This document shows, piece by piece, positions 18,544 through 27,804 of a DNA stretch of 41,184 bases. Below the pieces are notes generated by a model. The model did no database searches. It was not told the DNA's origin and worked only from the letters and a program-made list of their open reading frames with translations. Positions within the stretch are counted from its first letter, which is position 1; every line of letters starts with the position of its first letter. This stretch comes from a phage. A program made the position numbers and the translations under genes. The stretch is taken from the sequence record NC_093713.1; one strand, written 5' to 3'.

Positions 18544-19512
18544 TCACTTGTCCGCGTCGGCGATTGCCAGAGTACCGAGGGTGTGTTTGTTCTCGGCAAC
18601 AGCTTTGTCCCAGTTGGTCGCGGTGAACAGTTCTGCGTCCAGCGGAGATTTACCGCCGTTGGCGACATCCCAGCTATAGCCTTTCAGTTTCAGGCCGAAG
18701 CTGTAATCCGCCTGCCAGGTGGTCTGGATGCGGGTGTTACCGTTGCTGGTATCAATGTTGCTGATAATATCAGAAGCATTATCAACGATGATGCCGTTGG
18801 CAACTACGGACAGGACCTTAGTCTTGTTCGGAGTACCGGCCTCGTACAGCGCAGGAATGTCAGAGATTACGTAACGCTTGCCGAGAACATCAACAACCAT
18901 AACGTTACCAGCAACGAACAGCTGGTTTGCGTTAGTCAGCGCTTTATCTACCAGCGTGTGATAAGCAGCACCAGTCATGATGTCGGTAATCAGCAGCTGA
19001 GACTGGTCGCCGAATTTAGCGTGGCTGTTGTTCAGCACGTTCAGGGACAGACCCACTGTTTCAGATACGTCGTTAACCAGCGCGGCCTGACCAGATACCG
19101 CCGCAACAGCTGCGCCAACAGCGGTGTTGAGCTGGTCTGCTAACAGCGCATCAGAGAAGCCTTCGGAAATAGCACGAATCGCGCTTGCCGGGTCTTCGTT
19201 AAGCCAGGTCATTTGCGCAGGCTCGAACAGTACCGGTCCGAAGCCGCCAGCGACTTTAACGCCCACATGCTCGCCCTGAGTCAGCGCGGTAGCTGCCTGA
19301 GACTCGATAGCGGCGTAACGGTCAACGCGGCGTTTAGCGGAGGCAATCTGGTTAAAGAAAGACTCACGGGAGAAATCACCGCGCCATGAGGCAGTAGACA
19401 GTACAATTGCGCCACCGGAGGCCGCGTTAAACTGGTCAGTTTTCTGACCAAGCAGTTCGATAGTGGTACCGACGATATCGTCGTTATAAACCTTCATATC
19501 TGACAGAGCCAT
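18544..19512 (-). CDS. major capsid protein
   Basis: 322 aa, follows the scaffold gene and is followed by a strong terminator. Confidence 0.75.
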   Translation of the reverse strand: MALSDMKVYNDDIVGTTIELLGQKTDQFNAASGGAIVLSTASWRGDFSRESFFNQIASAKRRVDRYAAIESQAATALTQGEHVGVKVAGGFGPVLFEPAQMTWLNEDPASAIRAISEGFSDALLADQLNTAVGAAVAAVSGQAALVNDVSETVGLSLNVLNNSHAKFGDQSQLLITDIMTGAAYHTLVDKALTNANQLFVAGNVMVVDVLGKRYVISDIPALYEAGTPNKTKVLSVVANGIIVDNASDIISNIDTSNGNTRIQTTWQADYSFGLKLKGYSWDVANGGKSPLDAELFTATNWDKAVAENKHTLGTLAIADADK

Positions 19513-19518
19513 AATCTC

Positions 19519-20196
19519 TTATCCTCGTTTGCCGTATTTGGCGTTAAGTTTTTGTTGAATTACGTCCGTACCACCGGCCCCGCCAGTAGAATTTTTGTTA
19601 CCGGAAGCCCCGCCGCCGGTTGCTGCATCTGCTTTAATCAGATGTGAGAATGCTTTGTGCTCACGCAGATACTTTTTAAATTGCTCTGCGTCGGTGGTGA
19701 TGACATTACCGTCCGCACCTGTGAACTTGGTCACAACGTCATCGCCGTCGAATTCGGTCTTGACCATCATAGCGATGATATCCGCTGCGCTCTCATCAAT
19801 CAACATTCCAGACAACTGGCTGATAACTGATTTACGTTCTGCGCCGAGGATACGCTCAGCCATTTTGCTAATCTTACCGTCCTTCTCGGCGAGAACTGGC
19901 TCATACTGACTGCGTAACGTTTTCTCGAATGCCTCAAGTTCGCCGTTCTGTTTTGCGCGTTCCTGTTCGGCTTTCAGCTTCGCATCTGCGGCTTCTTTCG
20001 CGGCAGCGGCGGCAGCTTTCTTTTCAGACAAGAGTTTCTCGTTGTTAGCTTTAAGACCGGATACCAGCGCGTCAACTTCTTCTTTGGTAAACGTGGTCTT
20101 AGTCTCTTGTTGTTCGATAGTTTCGTCTTTCACTTCTTCGCTCATCAGTATGTCCCCTGGACGTTGGAATCCGGGCCACCCGGATTTACATGTCAA
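19519..20196 (-). CDS. scaffolding protein
   Basis: Helical, charged, Ala/Lys/Glu-rich; probable ATG at 20145 (MSEEV...) with SD GGGGA; track start is TTG. Confidence 0.6.
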   Translation of the reverse strand: MTCKSGWPGFQRPGDILMSEEVKDETIEQQETKTTFTKEEVDALVSGLKANNEKLLSEKKAAAAAAKEAADAKLKAEQERAKQNGELEAFEKTLRSQYEPVLAEKDGKISKMAERILGAERKSVISQLSGMLIDESAADIIAMMVKTEFDGDDVVTKFTGADGNVITTDAEQFKKYLREHKAFSHLIKADAATGGGASGNKNSTGGAGGTDVIQQKLNAKYGKRG

Positions 20197-20224
20197 GAAT
20201 AAATTATTCCAACATACAAGGCAA

Positions 20225-20488
20225 CTATTCCAGAATATTCCTCACGTAATCCTGCAACATGAACACTTTAAGTCTCAGTTGCCGTACACATTCTGCGTTC
20301 TGGACGTCAATAGCTAAATCCTCGTCCGCGTCGTTACTCGGCAGTGCCAGTTTGCACGGCGGCTGCATCATCGTCGTATCCGGGGATGGAGTTGGCGTTT
20401 GCGACGGCGCGGGACTTAAGCTGCACGCGCTCAGGGTCAAAAGTGCACACGCTGCGACCAGGCGTTTTAATGTACTTAACGACTTCAT
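20225..20488 (-). CDS. o-spanin-like outer-membrane lipoprotein (Rz1-like)
   Basis: 87 aa; signal peptide with lipobox LSAC, then Pro-rich SLSPAPSQTPTPSPD; lies out of frame within the i-spanin region; SD AGAGGT. Confidence 0.6.
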   Translation of the reverse strand: MKSLSTLKRLVAACALLTLSACSLSPAPSQTPTPSPDTTMMQPPCKLALPSNDADEDLAIDVQNAECVRQLRLKVFMLQDYVRNILE

Positions 20489-20799
20489 GTGTAATTACCT
20501 CTGATTTCGTCTTGCCTTCGTTATCAGCGGCTGCGGCCTTCGACTCATCCTGCTGCTGCCGTTGTGTTTTCTTAGCTAACTCAGCCTCTGTTCGTGTTGT
20601 TATCAGCGGCTGCGGCCTTCGACTCATCCTGCTGCTGCCGTTGTGTTTTCTTAGCTAACTCAGCCTGTGCTTTCTGCTGTTGCTGCGAAACGAGATTCGC
20701 CCGGCCTCCGTTCCAGCCGCTGCTATACTGGTAGATGCCGTGTGCGTAAGCCAGGATGATGAAACATGCTCCCGCTACGACAGTTGCTTTAAGATTCAT
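20334..20799 (-). pseudogene. i-spanin (Rz-like) split into two frames by a 79 bp tandem duplication
   Basis: N-terminal fragment (20581..20799) has a transmembrane segment; C-terminal fragment (20334..20627) is in a frame offset by one; AELAKKTQRQQQDESKAAAADN is encoded by both repeat copies. Confidence 0.6.
20520..20677. repeat. tandem direct repeat, period 79 bp, two copies (68 bp identical core)
   Basis: GTTATCAGCGGCTGCGGCCTTCGACTCATCCTGCTGCTGCCGTTGTGTTTTCTTAGCTAACTCAGCCT at 20520 and 20599. Confidence 0.85.
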
Positions 20800-21049
20800 G
20801 TTTCCCCTTTCTCGATAAGTAAAGCCCCGCCTTAAAGCGGGGCGCTAGTCCTTATCATTTAAACATAGAAACGGCGTAATCTCAGTAAACCAGTTACTTT
20901 TTACACAAGCAATATAGTATGGCCCTTCCGAACGCGTCAGCGCAACTACACTCGGACTTAACGTCCGGCTCCGTTACCTGCCGCGCCGCGGTCGCTTGTT
21001 CATACTTCACAAGCTCAGGTGGAGCTTAGCACATTTTTGGTGAAAAGTC

Positions 21050-21065
21050 AACTATTCGAATAGTT
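21050..21065. promoter_or_regulatory. perfect 16 bp palindrome AACTATTCGAATAGTT in the intergenic region upstream of the spanin-scaffold-capsid block
   Basis: Contains the same GAATAG/CTATTC half-sites as the promoter element but everted; adjacent to a TTGACT hexamer on the - strand. Confidence 0.4.
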
Positions 21066-21113
21066 TACTCCAACATTTACAATTGAGTGGAATAACTGGA
21101 ATAATCACAGGCA

Positions 21114-21137
21114 CTAAAAAGCCCCTTTCGGGGCTTC
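21114..21137 (-). terminator. rho-independent terminator
   Basis: GCCCCGAAAGGGGC stem followed by TTTTTAG on the - strand, after 21141..21602. Confidence 0.6.
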
Positions 21138-21140
21138 AGT

Positions 21141-21602
21141 TTATTCTGGCTTAGTAACCTTCGCCGCTTTACTGACGGCCTCTACCCCATCGGCATCGGT
21201 GACTTTAACGAAGTATTCACCGACAGCATTAACCGTCAGAGACAAAGCCTCTTCTGGGGCGTTTACCACTTCCTTGCTGTCTTTGTACCAGGTCAGTACA
21301 CACGGCGCTTTACCCGCCTTAACTTCGACGGTGATGGTGGCGCTACCGTCGACCAGCTCGGTGTCTTTCGGTTGCACCGAGAAATACACGTCACCTGCAT
21401 CCGCCAGATACGGAATTTCATAAAGCATGCCCGCCGCGGGTAACGCAATACCGGTTTTATCTGCAAACGGCATATCGTCTTCGGGTGTACCGAGTACACT
21501 TTCATCATCAATAAACACCACGTTCTCACCAGAGCCAGACACGCGGGCGTACTGGACTACGCGACGTGACGGTACATCAGTTACTTTGAAAAAGCCCATC
21601 AT
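21141..21602 (-). CDS. Ig-like domain protein (possible head decoration or minor capsid protein)
   Basis: 153 aa; C-terminal segment PCVLTWYKDSKEV...GEYFVKVTDADG typical of Ig-like domains; start overlaps upstream stop. Confidence 0.45.
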   Translation of the reverse strand: MMGFFKVTDVPSRRVVQYARVSGSGENVVFIDDESVLGTPEDDMPFADKTGIALPAAGMLYEIPYLADAGDVYFSVQPKDTELVDGSATITVEVKAGKAPCVLTWYKDSKEVVNAPEEALSLTVNAVGEYFVKVTDADGVEAVSKAAKVTKPE

Positions 21603-22678
21603 TAATCCCCTTTCAGATAATCAGCAACACGTTTATCGAGTTCCGCCATCTGCTTAAGCGTGAGCGGATTCCCGAAACCATCTACAGATATTACGCGAAA
21701 CTCTTCCGGCGATATACCGCTGTTACGGAAAATCTTACCTCGCACCGGGCCGAGCGCCTGGTCCTGAAACCACGCCGGTTGTTGTTTAAGGAACTCGTAG
21801 TAAGTGGTGTCTGCGCTTACCTGAGTGCCACCTTCCGCGCCTTTAGCCGCGCGTTTTGCGCCTTTATCGAGGAAGTCGAACTCGGAACTGATTACCGGAG
21901 CCGTGCACGACCGGCAGTTCGGATGGGCTGGGGGCATCGGCCCCTTACCAATTTCCCACGTCATCCCGTCTCTGACCCTGCAAATCGTACTGGTGCGGCT
22001 GTCAAGCGTTGACACCCACTCGTACTTCTCGATGATGTCGTCGTTCTGGCGGTACGTCTCGTTACGGGCTTCGTTGGACACGTGAGACAGCGCGGTGCGG
22101 ATGACGGTAGCGGCGTTACGCTCAGAGATGTCAGCCAGCCCACCGGCGCCTACTACATTCTTAACAATCTGCCGTGTTGTTTGACCTTGTACAAAGCCCA
22201 TCTTAACGCCGGTTACAAGACGTGCTACTTCCGTTTCACCCCAACCTGACATCAGTTTAGTGAAATCAACTGGCTTGCCACTCAATGATAATGGCTGAAA
22301 CTCAGCAGCGGCCCACACCTGTTCGGCGGTGGGCGTAACAAATTCCGCATCTACGTTGGCGGTCAGGGTCTTTACGTTCCACTCAGCTTCATACACCGCC
22401 AGTTCCTTGAGGTCTTCTGCCAGCTTTGTTTGCCAGTCACCAGTAAGTCCTGTCAGTGCTTCTTCAAGGTCACGTAACAGTTTATTCAGTCGCGCAGTGC
22501 TGCGACCGTCGTCGCCGAATAGCAGCACCTGCCGTTTGATTTCGTCCCGCATCTCCTTAATGAACGGCGCGAGGTCTTTCACCTCACCGGATGCGGTGCG
22601 TTGCAGCCATATCTGGTGGCTGATTAGTGATGTAAGTAAGCTCATAGATAAACCCTGTGGCGCTAAAGTTAATAGCAT
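21602..22678 (-). CDS. head morphogenesis / minor capsid protein (SPP1 gp7 / Mu F-like)
   Basis: 358 aa directly downstream of portal; alternative ATG at 22645. Confidence 0.55.
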   Translation of the reverse strand: MLLTLAPQGLSMSLLTSLISHQIWLQRTASGEVKDLAPFIKEMRDEIKRQVLLFGDDGRSTARLNKLLRDLEEALTGLTGDWQTKLAEDLKELAVYEAEWNVKTLTANVDAEFVTPTAEQVWAAAEFQPLSLSGKPVDFTKLMSGWGETEVARLVTGVKMGFVQGQTTRQIVKNVVGAGGLADISERNAATVIRTALSHVSNEARNETYRQNDDIIEKYEWVSTLDSRTSTICRVRDGMTWEIGKGPMPPAHPNCRSCTAPVISSEFDFLDKGAKRAAKGAEGGTQVSADTTYYEFLKQQPAWFQDQALGPVRGKIFRNSGISPEEFRVISVDGFGNPLTLKQMAELDKRVADYLKGD

Positions 22679-22684
22679 ACTATA

Positions 22685-22706
22685 AGAAAGCCCCTTTCGG
22701 GGCTAT
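22685..22706 (-). terminator. terminator-like hairpin between portal and head morphogenesis genes
   Basis: GCCCCGAAAGGGGC stem followed by TTTCTTAT. Confidence 0.45.
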
Positions 22707-22714
22707 ATGTGAAC

Positions 22715-24208
22715 TTACTGCTGGGTGGGGTCTTTTTGCTGCGCCGACTGCGGAATCTCCCCCGCTACCTGAGTAACCGCACCAATCGGCAGAGGTGCGT
22801 CCTCGATAGCATTCTGAATGTCCTCGTCCGTCCAGTCAGTTACACCCGCCTTGCGCAATGCAGCATAGTAAGCGGTCGCTGGTAACAGGCCTGCGTTTAT
22901 ATCAGCCATCCACTGCGCACGGTCCTGAGCGGTCATCGGTTGCAGGAAGAACTCCATATTCAGCTTAAACTCAATCTCAGTACCGTCACTAAGCCCAAGC
23001 ATGCCTGCAACCCATTTCAGCGCATCGGTATACGCCATGCTTACGTTACGTGCGATTGTCGCCATAACGGACGTGTCGGCGCCGCGTTGCAGTCGGGCGG
23101 ATTCAGCGGTAATTTGCTGTGTCGGGGTAATAAGCTGCGCACCAATCTGGATGGCCTGATTCTCTTTATCCAGCATGTTTTGTTTGGCGAGGTTGTTCTC
23201 TCCCGCCTGAACCAGAAACGCATTGCCGCCGTAACCGATGTTATGGCCTGAACGCGACCCCATGCGCACTCCGTGAGGGTTAGCTTCTTTCCACTGAGCC
23301 ATGCTCATGTTCTCACCCGGCGCAATGAACAAGGTTGGCTGGCCCACAACGAAGCTGGACTCCTCGTTGTCTGCGCTGTTGCGGAAGTGCCCGATATTAA
23401 GTTCAGCCAACGGCAGCAAAGGCGCATCGTCAGGAGTTGAGTCATTATTACCTGCACCAATGAAAGTGAACGGAATCACCCCGACCGGAATATTACCGAG
23501 TTTCGGGAAGATTTCGACATAGCCACCTTCCATCAGTGCGCCTTTCTGGTTAAAGCGGTACAGACGCTGGCGATACTGGCCTTCGAAAATATCAAGGACG
23601 CGGTATTGCTCACCGTAGTTTGGGCTGAACTCATCCGTGCCGTCGGTGTACTCGTATTCTTCACGCAATACAACCATAACCACACGGTTGACAGACCCTA
23701 CACGCTGGAGCCGCCAGTTGATGATGTTCTCCGCGGTGTAGAACGCGATTGTCGGGTTAAGTAATCCCTCGTTTTGCTCCGCCATAGTAGCGACTTCTAC
23801 CGCGGGCGCGTCCACAAGCAAACCACCGCGACCAACGGCGTCAATCTCATACAACGTATCCTGCGCGTGCTGCCACAGGCCTACGCCAGACCCATCGCAG
23901 TTAGTGGTCAGGTATTCCATCTGAGACGGAATAATCATCTCAGGGTCTTTGCGCATTACGCTGCCGACCATGCCTGAAAGCGTTCGCTTGGTGAAGTTGT
24001 AGCAAATTGCCCCCGCTTCGTATTCAGCCTGACGCTGGCGACCGTAAACCGGGTCCGGCTCATTCTTACCGACGTCACGTAGATACGATGTCAGGTCGCC
24101 AGAAAGCGCATGTCGCACCTTCTGCCACTTAGGGAAATACTCTTCGTACTGGCGGTGGCTGGTTTTAACGTTCTGCCATTGCCCTGCGTTAATGTTTGCG
24201 GAAACCAT
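22715..24208 (-). CDS. portal protein
   Basis: 497 aa immediately downstream of terminase large subunit. Confidence 0.7.
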   Translation of the reverse strand: MVSANINAGQWQNVKTSHRQYEEYFPKWQKVRHALSGDLTSYLRDVGKNEPDPVYGRQRQAEYEAGAICYNFTKRTLSGMVGSVMRKDPEMIIPSQMEYLTTNCDGSGVGLWQHAQDTLYEIDAVGRGGLLVDAPAVEVATMAEQNEGLLNPTIAFYTAENIINWRLQRVGSVNRVVMVVLREEYEYTDGTDEFSPNYGEQYRVLDIFEGQYRQRLYRFNQKGALMEGGYVEIFPKLGNIPVGVIPFTFIGAGNNDSTPDDAPLLPLAELNIGHFRNSADNEESSFVVGQPTLFIAPGENMSMAQWKEANPHGVRMGSRSGHNIGYGGNAFLVQAGENNLAKQNMLDKENQAIQIGAQLITPTQQITAESARLQRGADTSVMATIARNVSMAYTDALKWVAGMLGLSDGTEIEFKLNMEFFLQPMTAQDRAQWMADINAGLLPATAYYAALRKAGVTDWTDEDIQNAIEDAPLPIGAVTQVAGEIPQSAQQKDPTQQ

Positions 24209-24219
24209 TTGTTGTCCTC

Positions 24220-25470
24220 TTAAAGTGCGAAAGTCACGGGGATGTTGATTACTGGTTTAACAACCGGCATCTCGTAAACTACAGGATAGCCGAGGGCATC
24301 CGCCATATGGTCAATGATGCCGTCTTTAGCTGGCTCTCCGTTATCGTCGTATGCCTGCTGTTCCAGCGTCTTTGCTATCTCAGGGCATAAGTGGTCGTTA
24401 ACCCACAGCTTACCTTTTTCCAGTGCGGTATTCACGGCTAAAACACGGTCTTTAACCGGAGGGTTGGCGGATTTAGCGCGAACATCGAAACCTGCCTGCT
24501 GGAGTAACGCAATATCTGAGATTGACGCCGAGTTGGTCTTGCGGTTCTTGCCGCTGGCGTCCGGGTAAACGACTATGCGGTGGCCCTGCGACTTCCACTT
24601 CTCAGTAATTACGCGCACGGTATCCGGTGTATCGAACAGGCCTTTCAGTTCTGCTACCGCGTGCCAGCCGTCTTTACGTTGCACATACACGGCGCTTGCG
24701 TTCTTCGTAACGTTGAAGTCCTGCCCGATGTACAACGTGTCGCCCGGTTGAATTACCTCTTTGCTGCGGTGCTTACGGCGGTCATATGCGTAATACACGC
24801 TGCCGGAGGTAAGGTTGACGAACTCACCATTCAGATACGCGTTAATCAACTGCGCCGGATAAGTCTCGGTCAGCGAACTAATGTAGTCAGGTGGCAGGAA
24901 TCGCGCGTTCTCGTGTGTAGAAGCCTGCACCATCGAGTAACTCGGCGTCGGGTTCTCTTTGAACTTGGCGTAGACGAACTTGAACCCTTCCGGTGTCGTG
25001 GTGACAGAGATGTGGTTAATTACGCCAGGAATAACAAGACGCATACGGGCCACAATTTTGTTCCACGCCAGTTCAGCTTTCTCGCGGCTCAATACATCCA
25101 GCTCATCCACGACTGCCGCAGCGATTTTGAAGCCGACGATAGAGCCTGGGTTATCCATCGAACGGCAGATAACAGTTCCGAGAACCGTCTTACCGCGAGT
25201 AACCACGACTTCTTTGTCGCCAGATTTAACCAGCACATCGAGGCCGAGCAGGTTAGCGGCTTCCTCAAATGTCGGGTAGAAGATGTCACGGATAGCCGGG
25301 TATGTCGGGCCGAAGTAACCCAGGCGCGTACCTGGATGCTTGAGCATAAACGTAAGCAGGTCAAGGCAGCCAACAAATGTCTTTCCGCTGCCGAAGCCGC
25401 CGACATATGCCTTATATTTGTTATCACAATTCAGGAACAGCGCCTGCGGTGCGGATAGCTGAATACTCAT
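24220..25470 (-). CDS. terL: terminase large subunit
   Basis: 416 aa; Walker A GGFGSGKT and Walker B AAVVDELD; overlaps TerS stop. Confidence 0.85.
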   Translation of the reverse strand: MSIQLSAPQALFLNCDNKYKAYVGGFGSGKTFVGCLDLLTFMLKHPGTRLGYFGPTYPAIRDIFYPTFEEAANLLGLDVLVKSGDKEVVVTRGKTVLGTVICRSMDNPGSIVGFKIAAAVVDELDVLSREKAELAWNKIVARMRLVIPGVINHISVTTTPEGFKFVYAKFKENPTPSYSMVQASTHENARFLPPDYISSLTETYPAQLINAYLNGEFVNLTSGSVYYAYDRRKHRSKEVIQPGDTLYIGQDFNVTKNASAVYVQRKDGWHAVAELKGLFDTPDTVRVITEKWKSQGHRIVVYPDASGKNRKTNSASISDIALLQQAGFDVRAKSANPPVKDRVLAVNTALEKGKLWVNDHLCPEIAKTLEQQAYDDNGEPAKDGIIDHMADALGYPVVYEMPVVKPVINIPVTFAL

Positions 25471-26051
25471 TCCTCTACCTCACCCATATTCGTTGTTACA
25501 ATTTTACCTACAGGCTCTGCAACACTAAAAATAATCTCAGTCGGTGCCGTTTCTTCGGTGGATTCGACTGGTTTCTCTTTACCGAGGCCCAGTTTAGCTG
25601 CGGCGAACGTAGCAGAGATGCCCGCGGCCCCTGTCTCAGTGAAGTACGCCTCTTCCAGTGCCTGTGCTGTCTCGTATGCTTCTGCAAATGCGGGAATCTC
25701 GCGCAGCCACAGCTTAATAATCGGGATAGTGACGCCTATGTGCAGGGCGAAGCGGGCCAGTGACGGAGGTTTATCCTGAATCAGCGGGCGTTCGTCACCC
25801 TTAGACGTAGGCACAAGCTCCCATGACGTGCGGTCGAAGAACTCGATTAACGCGTCGCAATAGTCCGGGTCCCACAACGCTGCGGAATTACGGGATGATT
25901 GATAAAGGCTCTGTTTACCGCGCGGTCGCTTACGGCGGCGGTTTGCGCTAACAGCTTCTTCATGTGCAGCTTGCACCACCTCTGGCGATGGCTGCTTGAG
26001 TTTCAGCTTCATAGAATCCCCTTGCATATGCGTCTGACCATCAGAGCGCAT
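25467..26051 (-). CDS. terS: terminase small subunit (putative)
   Basis: Position upstream of TerL; basic N-terminal region; probable ATG at 26012 (MKLKL...) with SD AGGGGA. Confidence 0.55.
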   Translation of the reverse strand: MRSDGQTHMQGDSMKLKLKQPSPEVVQAAHEEAVSANRRRKRPRGKQSLYQSSRNSAALWDPDYCDALIEFFDRTSWELVPTSKGDERPLIQDKPPSLARFALHIGVTIPIIKLWLREIPAFAEAYETAQALEEAYFTETGAAGISATFAAAKLGLGKEKPVESTEETAPTEIIFSVAEPVGKIVTTNMGEVEE

Positions 26052-26109
26052 CAGACGCGCCCTACGCGTCTAAAGGGATTATATAAGGGGATTGGGCGGG
26101 ATGTACAGA

Positions 26110-26130
26110 AAAGCCCTCCGTAGAGGGCTT
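26110..26130 (-). terminator. rho-independent terminator between the small-gene operon and terS
   Basis: GCCCTC-TACG-GAGGGC followed by TTTTCTGT on the - strand. Confidence 0.6.
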
Positions 26131-26144
26131 GTGTGTTGGTTATT

Positions 26145-26315
26145 TTACAGTTCTGCGGATGTCAGATGGCTGGCCGCGGCTTTAACCGCATCTTTAAGGT
26201 TAGCATACGCGGAAGTAAAAGACGTATGCGCCCCTTTTGAGATAACTGTAACGCCGCCGTAATGGTCGTTAGCTACGGGAATGGCCCAGGTGTTAGGGAT
26301 GATTAGTAGTCTCAT
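26145..26315 (-). CDS. small protein (56 aa), hypothetical
   Basis: Hand-translated MRLLIIPNTW...; ATG overlaps upstream stop (ATGA). Confidence 0.4.
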   Translation of the reverse strand: MRLLIIPNTWAIPVANDHYGGVTVISKGAHTSFTSAYANLKDAVKAAASHLTSAEL

Positions 26316-26470
26316 TTGAAGAAACCATCCTTGACAAGCTGACGGTATAGTTTAGCTGCGTAACGCTCTGCCTGGCCTTTGCGCCGAAATATTTTCCCAT
26401 TAACTGAATACTTATTTAACTCTGGCTCGTACCAAACTTGGTTGTCGATGAACTCCAGAATACTAATCAT
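26312..26470 (-). CDS. small protein (52 aa), hypothetical
   Basis: Hand-translated MISILEFIDNQVWYEPELNK...; ATGA coupling at both ends. Confidence 0.4.
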   Translation of the reverse strand: MISILEFIDNQVWYEPELNKYSVNGKIFRRKGQAERYAAKLYRQLVKDGFFK

Positions 26471-26703
26471 TCCCCACTCCCCTCTTTAGCAATACGTTGC
26501 TCTGTTTTAGTAATACCCCGGCGCGTGAATAACACCGGGCTTGTCTTAACGTGCGTCATCAGACGATTGTTATAAATTACGTGGCGCTCGCAATCGACGT
26601 CTTTGCTGTACTTCGCAATCGTCATTTCGTTGATGCCGGTTTGTCTGCATGTCTCAGCCATCGTGCCAAATTCTTTAATCAGGTTCGGAATGCTGGTAAT
26701 CAT
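26467..26703 (-). CDS. small HTH-like protein (78 aa)
   Basis: ATG at 26703 overlaps upstream stop; MAETCRQTGINEMTIAKY resembles an HTH; the track ORF (to 26727) uses a GTG in the same frame. Confidence 0.45.
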   Translation of the reverse strand: MITSIPNLIKEFGTMAETCRQTGINEMTIAKYSKDVDCERHVIYNNRLMTHVKTSPVLFTRRGITKTEQRIAKEGSGE

Positions 26704-26876
26704 CCTAAAAAATTCCTCGTTGTCCACATCGCATTCGGATATTTATTATCACGGTCCTGTACCACAGCAATCATGTTTCCGCGTTGCACCAGGCAGAAGT
26801 GCCGTTGTTGTTCACCGTTGTAGCGACGCCAGATTGCTTCTTCGATTGCCGCATTAATGTCACTGAACATAATCAT
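26700..26876 (-). CDS. small protein (56-58 aa), hypothetical
   Basis: Hand-translated MIMFSDINAAIEEAIWRRYNGEQQRHFCLVQ...; ATGA coupling to both neighbours; overlaps the GTG-extended track ORF in another frame. Confidence 0.4.
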   Translation of the reverse strand: MIMFSDINAAIEEAIWRRYNGEQQRHFCLVQRGNMIAVVQDRDNKYPNAMWTTRNFLG

Positions 26877-27055
26877 CCCACTATCTCATCACCAAGCCAC
26901 GCCGTTTCTCGTATATCGTCGACCACACAGGCGGCGTGCTCACGGCTAATTGCAAAAATGTAGAAACTAAACTTCTTCCCGTCGGCGTCGATATGGTTAA
27001 CCGAGTAGGGTTTCCCCAGGACACCATCAATTACTACTGGTTTAGTCGACTCCAT
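26873..27055 (-). CDS. small protein (60 aa), hypothetical
   Basis: ORF track; stop overlaps the next start. Confidence 0.4.
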   Translation of the reverse strand: MESTKPVVIDGVLGKPYSVNHIDADGKKFSFYIFAISREHAACVVDDIRETAWLGDEIVG

Positions 27056-27299
27056 ACGCTTTACCGCATTTTAAGCATGTGACTCGATGCACCCCATCAA
27101 CTAAATGCAGGCGGTAATCATGCTCGCAGGCGTTCATCTTTTCCTCTTCTCCTCTCAACAACATGAGAAGAACCTTAAATGCGGCTAACTGGTACTCACC
27201 GTTAATCGACAGTTGCCCGCCTAGCGTCTGTTTCTCCGACTCAAGCACCAGAATACGGCGCTCGAGCGATGCGATTGTGATTTTAGGCATTGGTATCAC
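27042..27299 (-). CDS. small protein (85 aa) with C/H cluster, possible zinc-binding
   Basis: CEHDYRLHLVDGVHRVTCLKCGKAYG. Confidence 0.4.
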   Translation of the reverse strand: MIPMPKITIASLERRILVLESEKQTLGGQLSINGEYQLAAFKVLLMLLRGEEEKMNACEHDYRLHLVDGVHRVTCLKCGKAYGVD

Positions 27300-27471
27300 C
27301 TTTGTTCAGGTTGAAGCGGTTAATAAGTTCGCGGCGTTGTTCCATGAGGATGTCTACTTTATTAGCGTAGTAAGTAATCATCTGATCGAGACAGGCAATC
27401 TGGCTCTCCCCACCTGCGGCGGGTTTCAGGGCTGCTGCGACACATGCTTTTTCGTATTCGTTGTTAGTCAT
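27283..27471 (-). CDS. small protein (62 aa), hypothetical
   Basis: ORF track; overlaps neighbours. Confidence 0.4.
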   Translation of the reverse strand: MTNNEYEKACVAAALKPAAGGESQIACLDQMITYYANKVDILMEQRRELINRFNLNKGDTNA

Positions 27472-27625
27472 TTTTACGCGCTCCCCACATGCGATTGAGA
27501 TACTTGTTCTTGTCCGGCCCAGGGAAACTGTTACGTTTCATCAGTTCCTCGCGTGTCGGGAACGGGGCGTGACTGACTTTACGGCCTACTCGTAACGGTT
27601 GGCTTACTGGGCCTTGTTCGCTCAT
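27464..27625 (-). CDS. small protein (53 aa), hypothetical
   Basis: Hand-translated MSEQGPVSQPLRVGRKV...; SD AGGAGA; ATGA coupling. Confidence 0.4.
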   Translation of the reverse strand: MSEQGPVSQPLRVGRKVSHAPFPTREELMKRNSFPGPDKNKYLNRMWGARKND

Positions 27626-27771
27626 TTCTTCTCTCCTGCATAAGCTGCTTTAAGTGTCTGCATCGCAGCGAACCAGAACGCGTCCGCTGGAATGCTGTTG
27701 CTCAGGTTACTAACGGCGATGCGTGCCATCAGTTGTGCGTCTTTGAATGCTTCGATGTCTGTGATTTTCAT
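27622..27771 (-). CDS. small protein (49 aa), first gene of the operon
   Basis: Hand-translated MKITDIEAFKDAQLMARIAV...; SD GGAG. Confidence 0.4.
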   Translation of the reverse strand: MKITDIEAFKDAQLMARIAVSNLSNSIPADAFWFAAMQTLKAAYAGEKK

Positions 27772-27804
27772 TTTCTCTACTCCGTTCTCGTTGTCGATGG
27801 AGTA

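Noticed and set aside
24580-25458. 292 aa ORF on the + strand
   Set aside because: Lies antisense within the terminase large subunit gene; Arg/Leu-rich composition typical of an antisense frame in GC-rich coding DNA; no ribosome-binding site.
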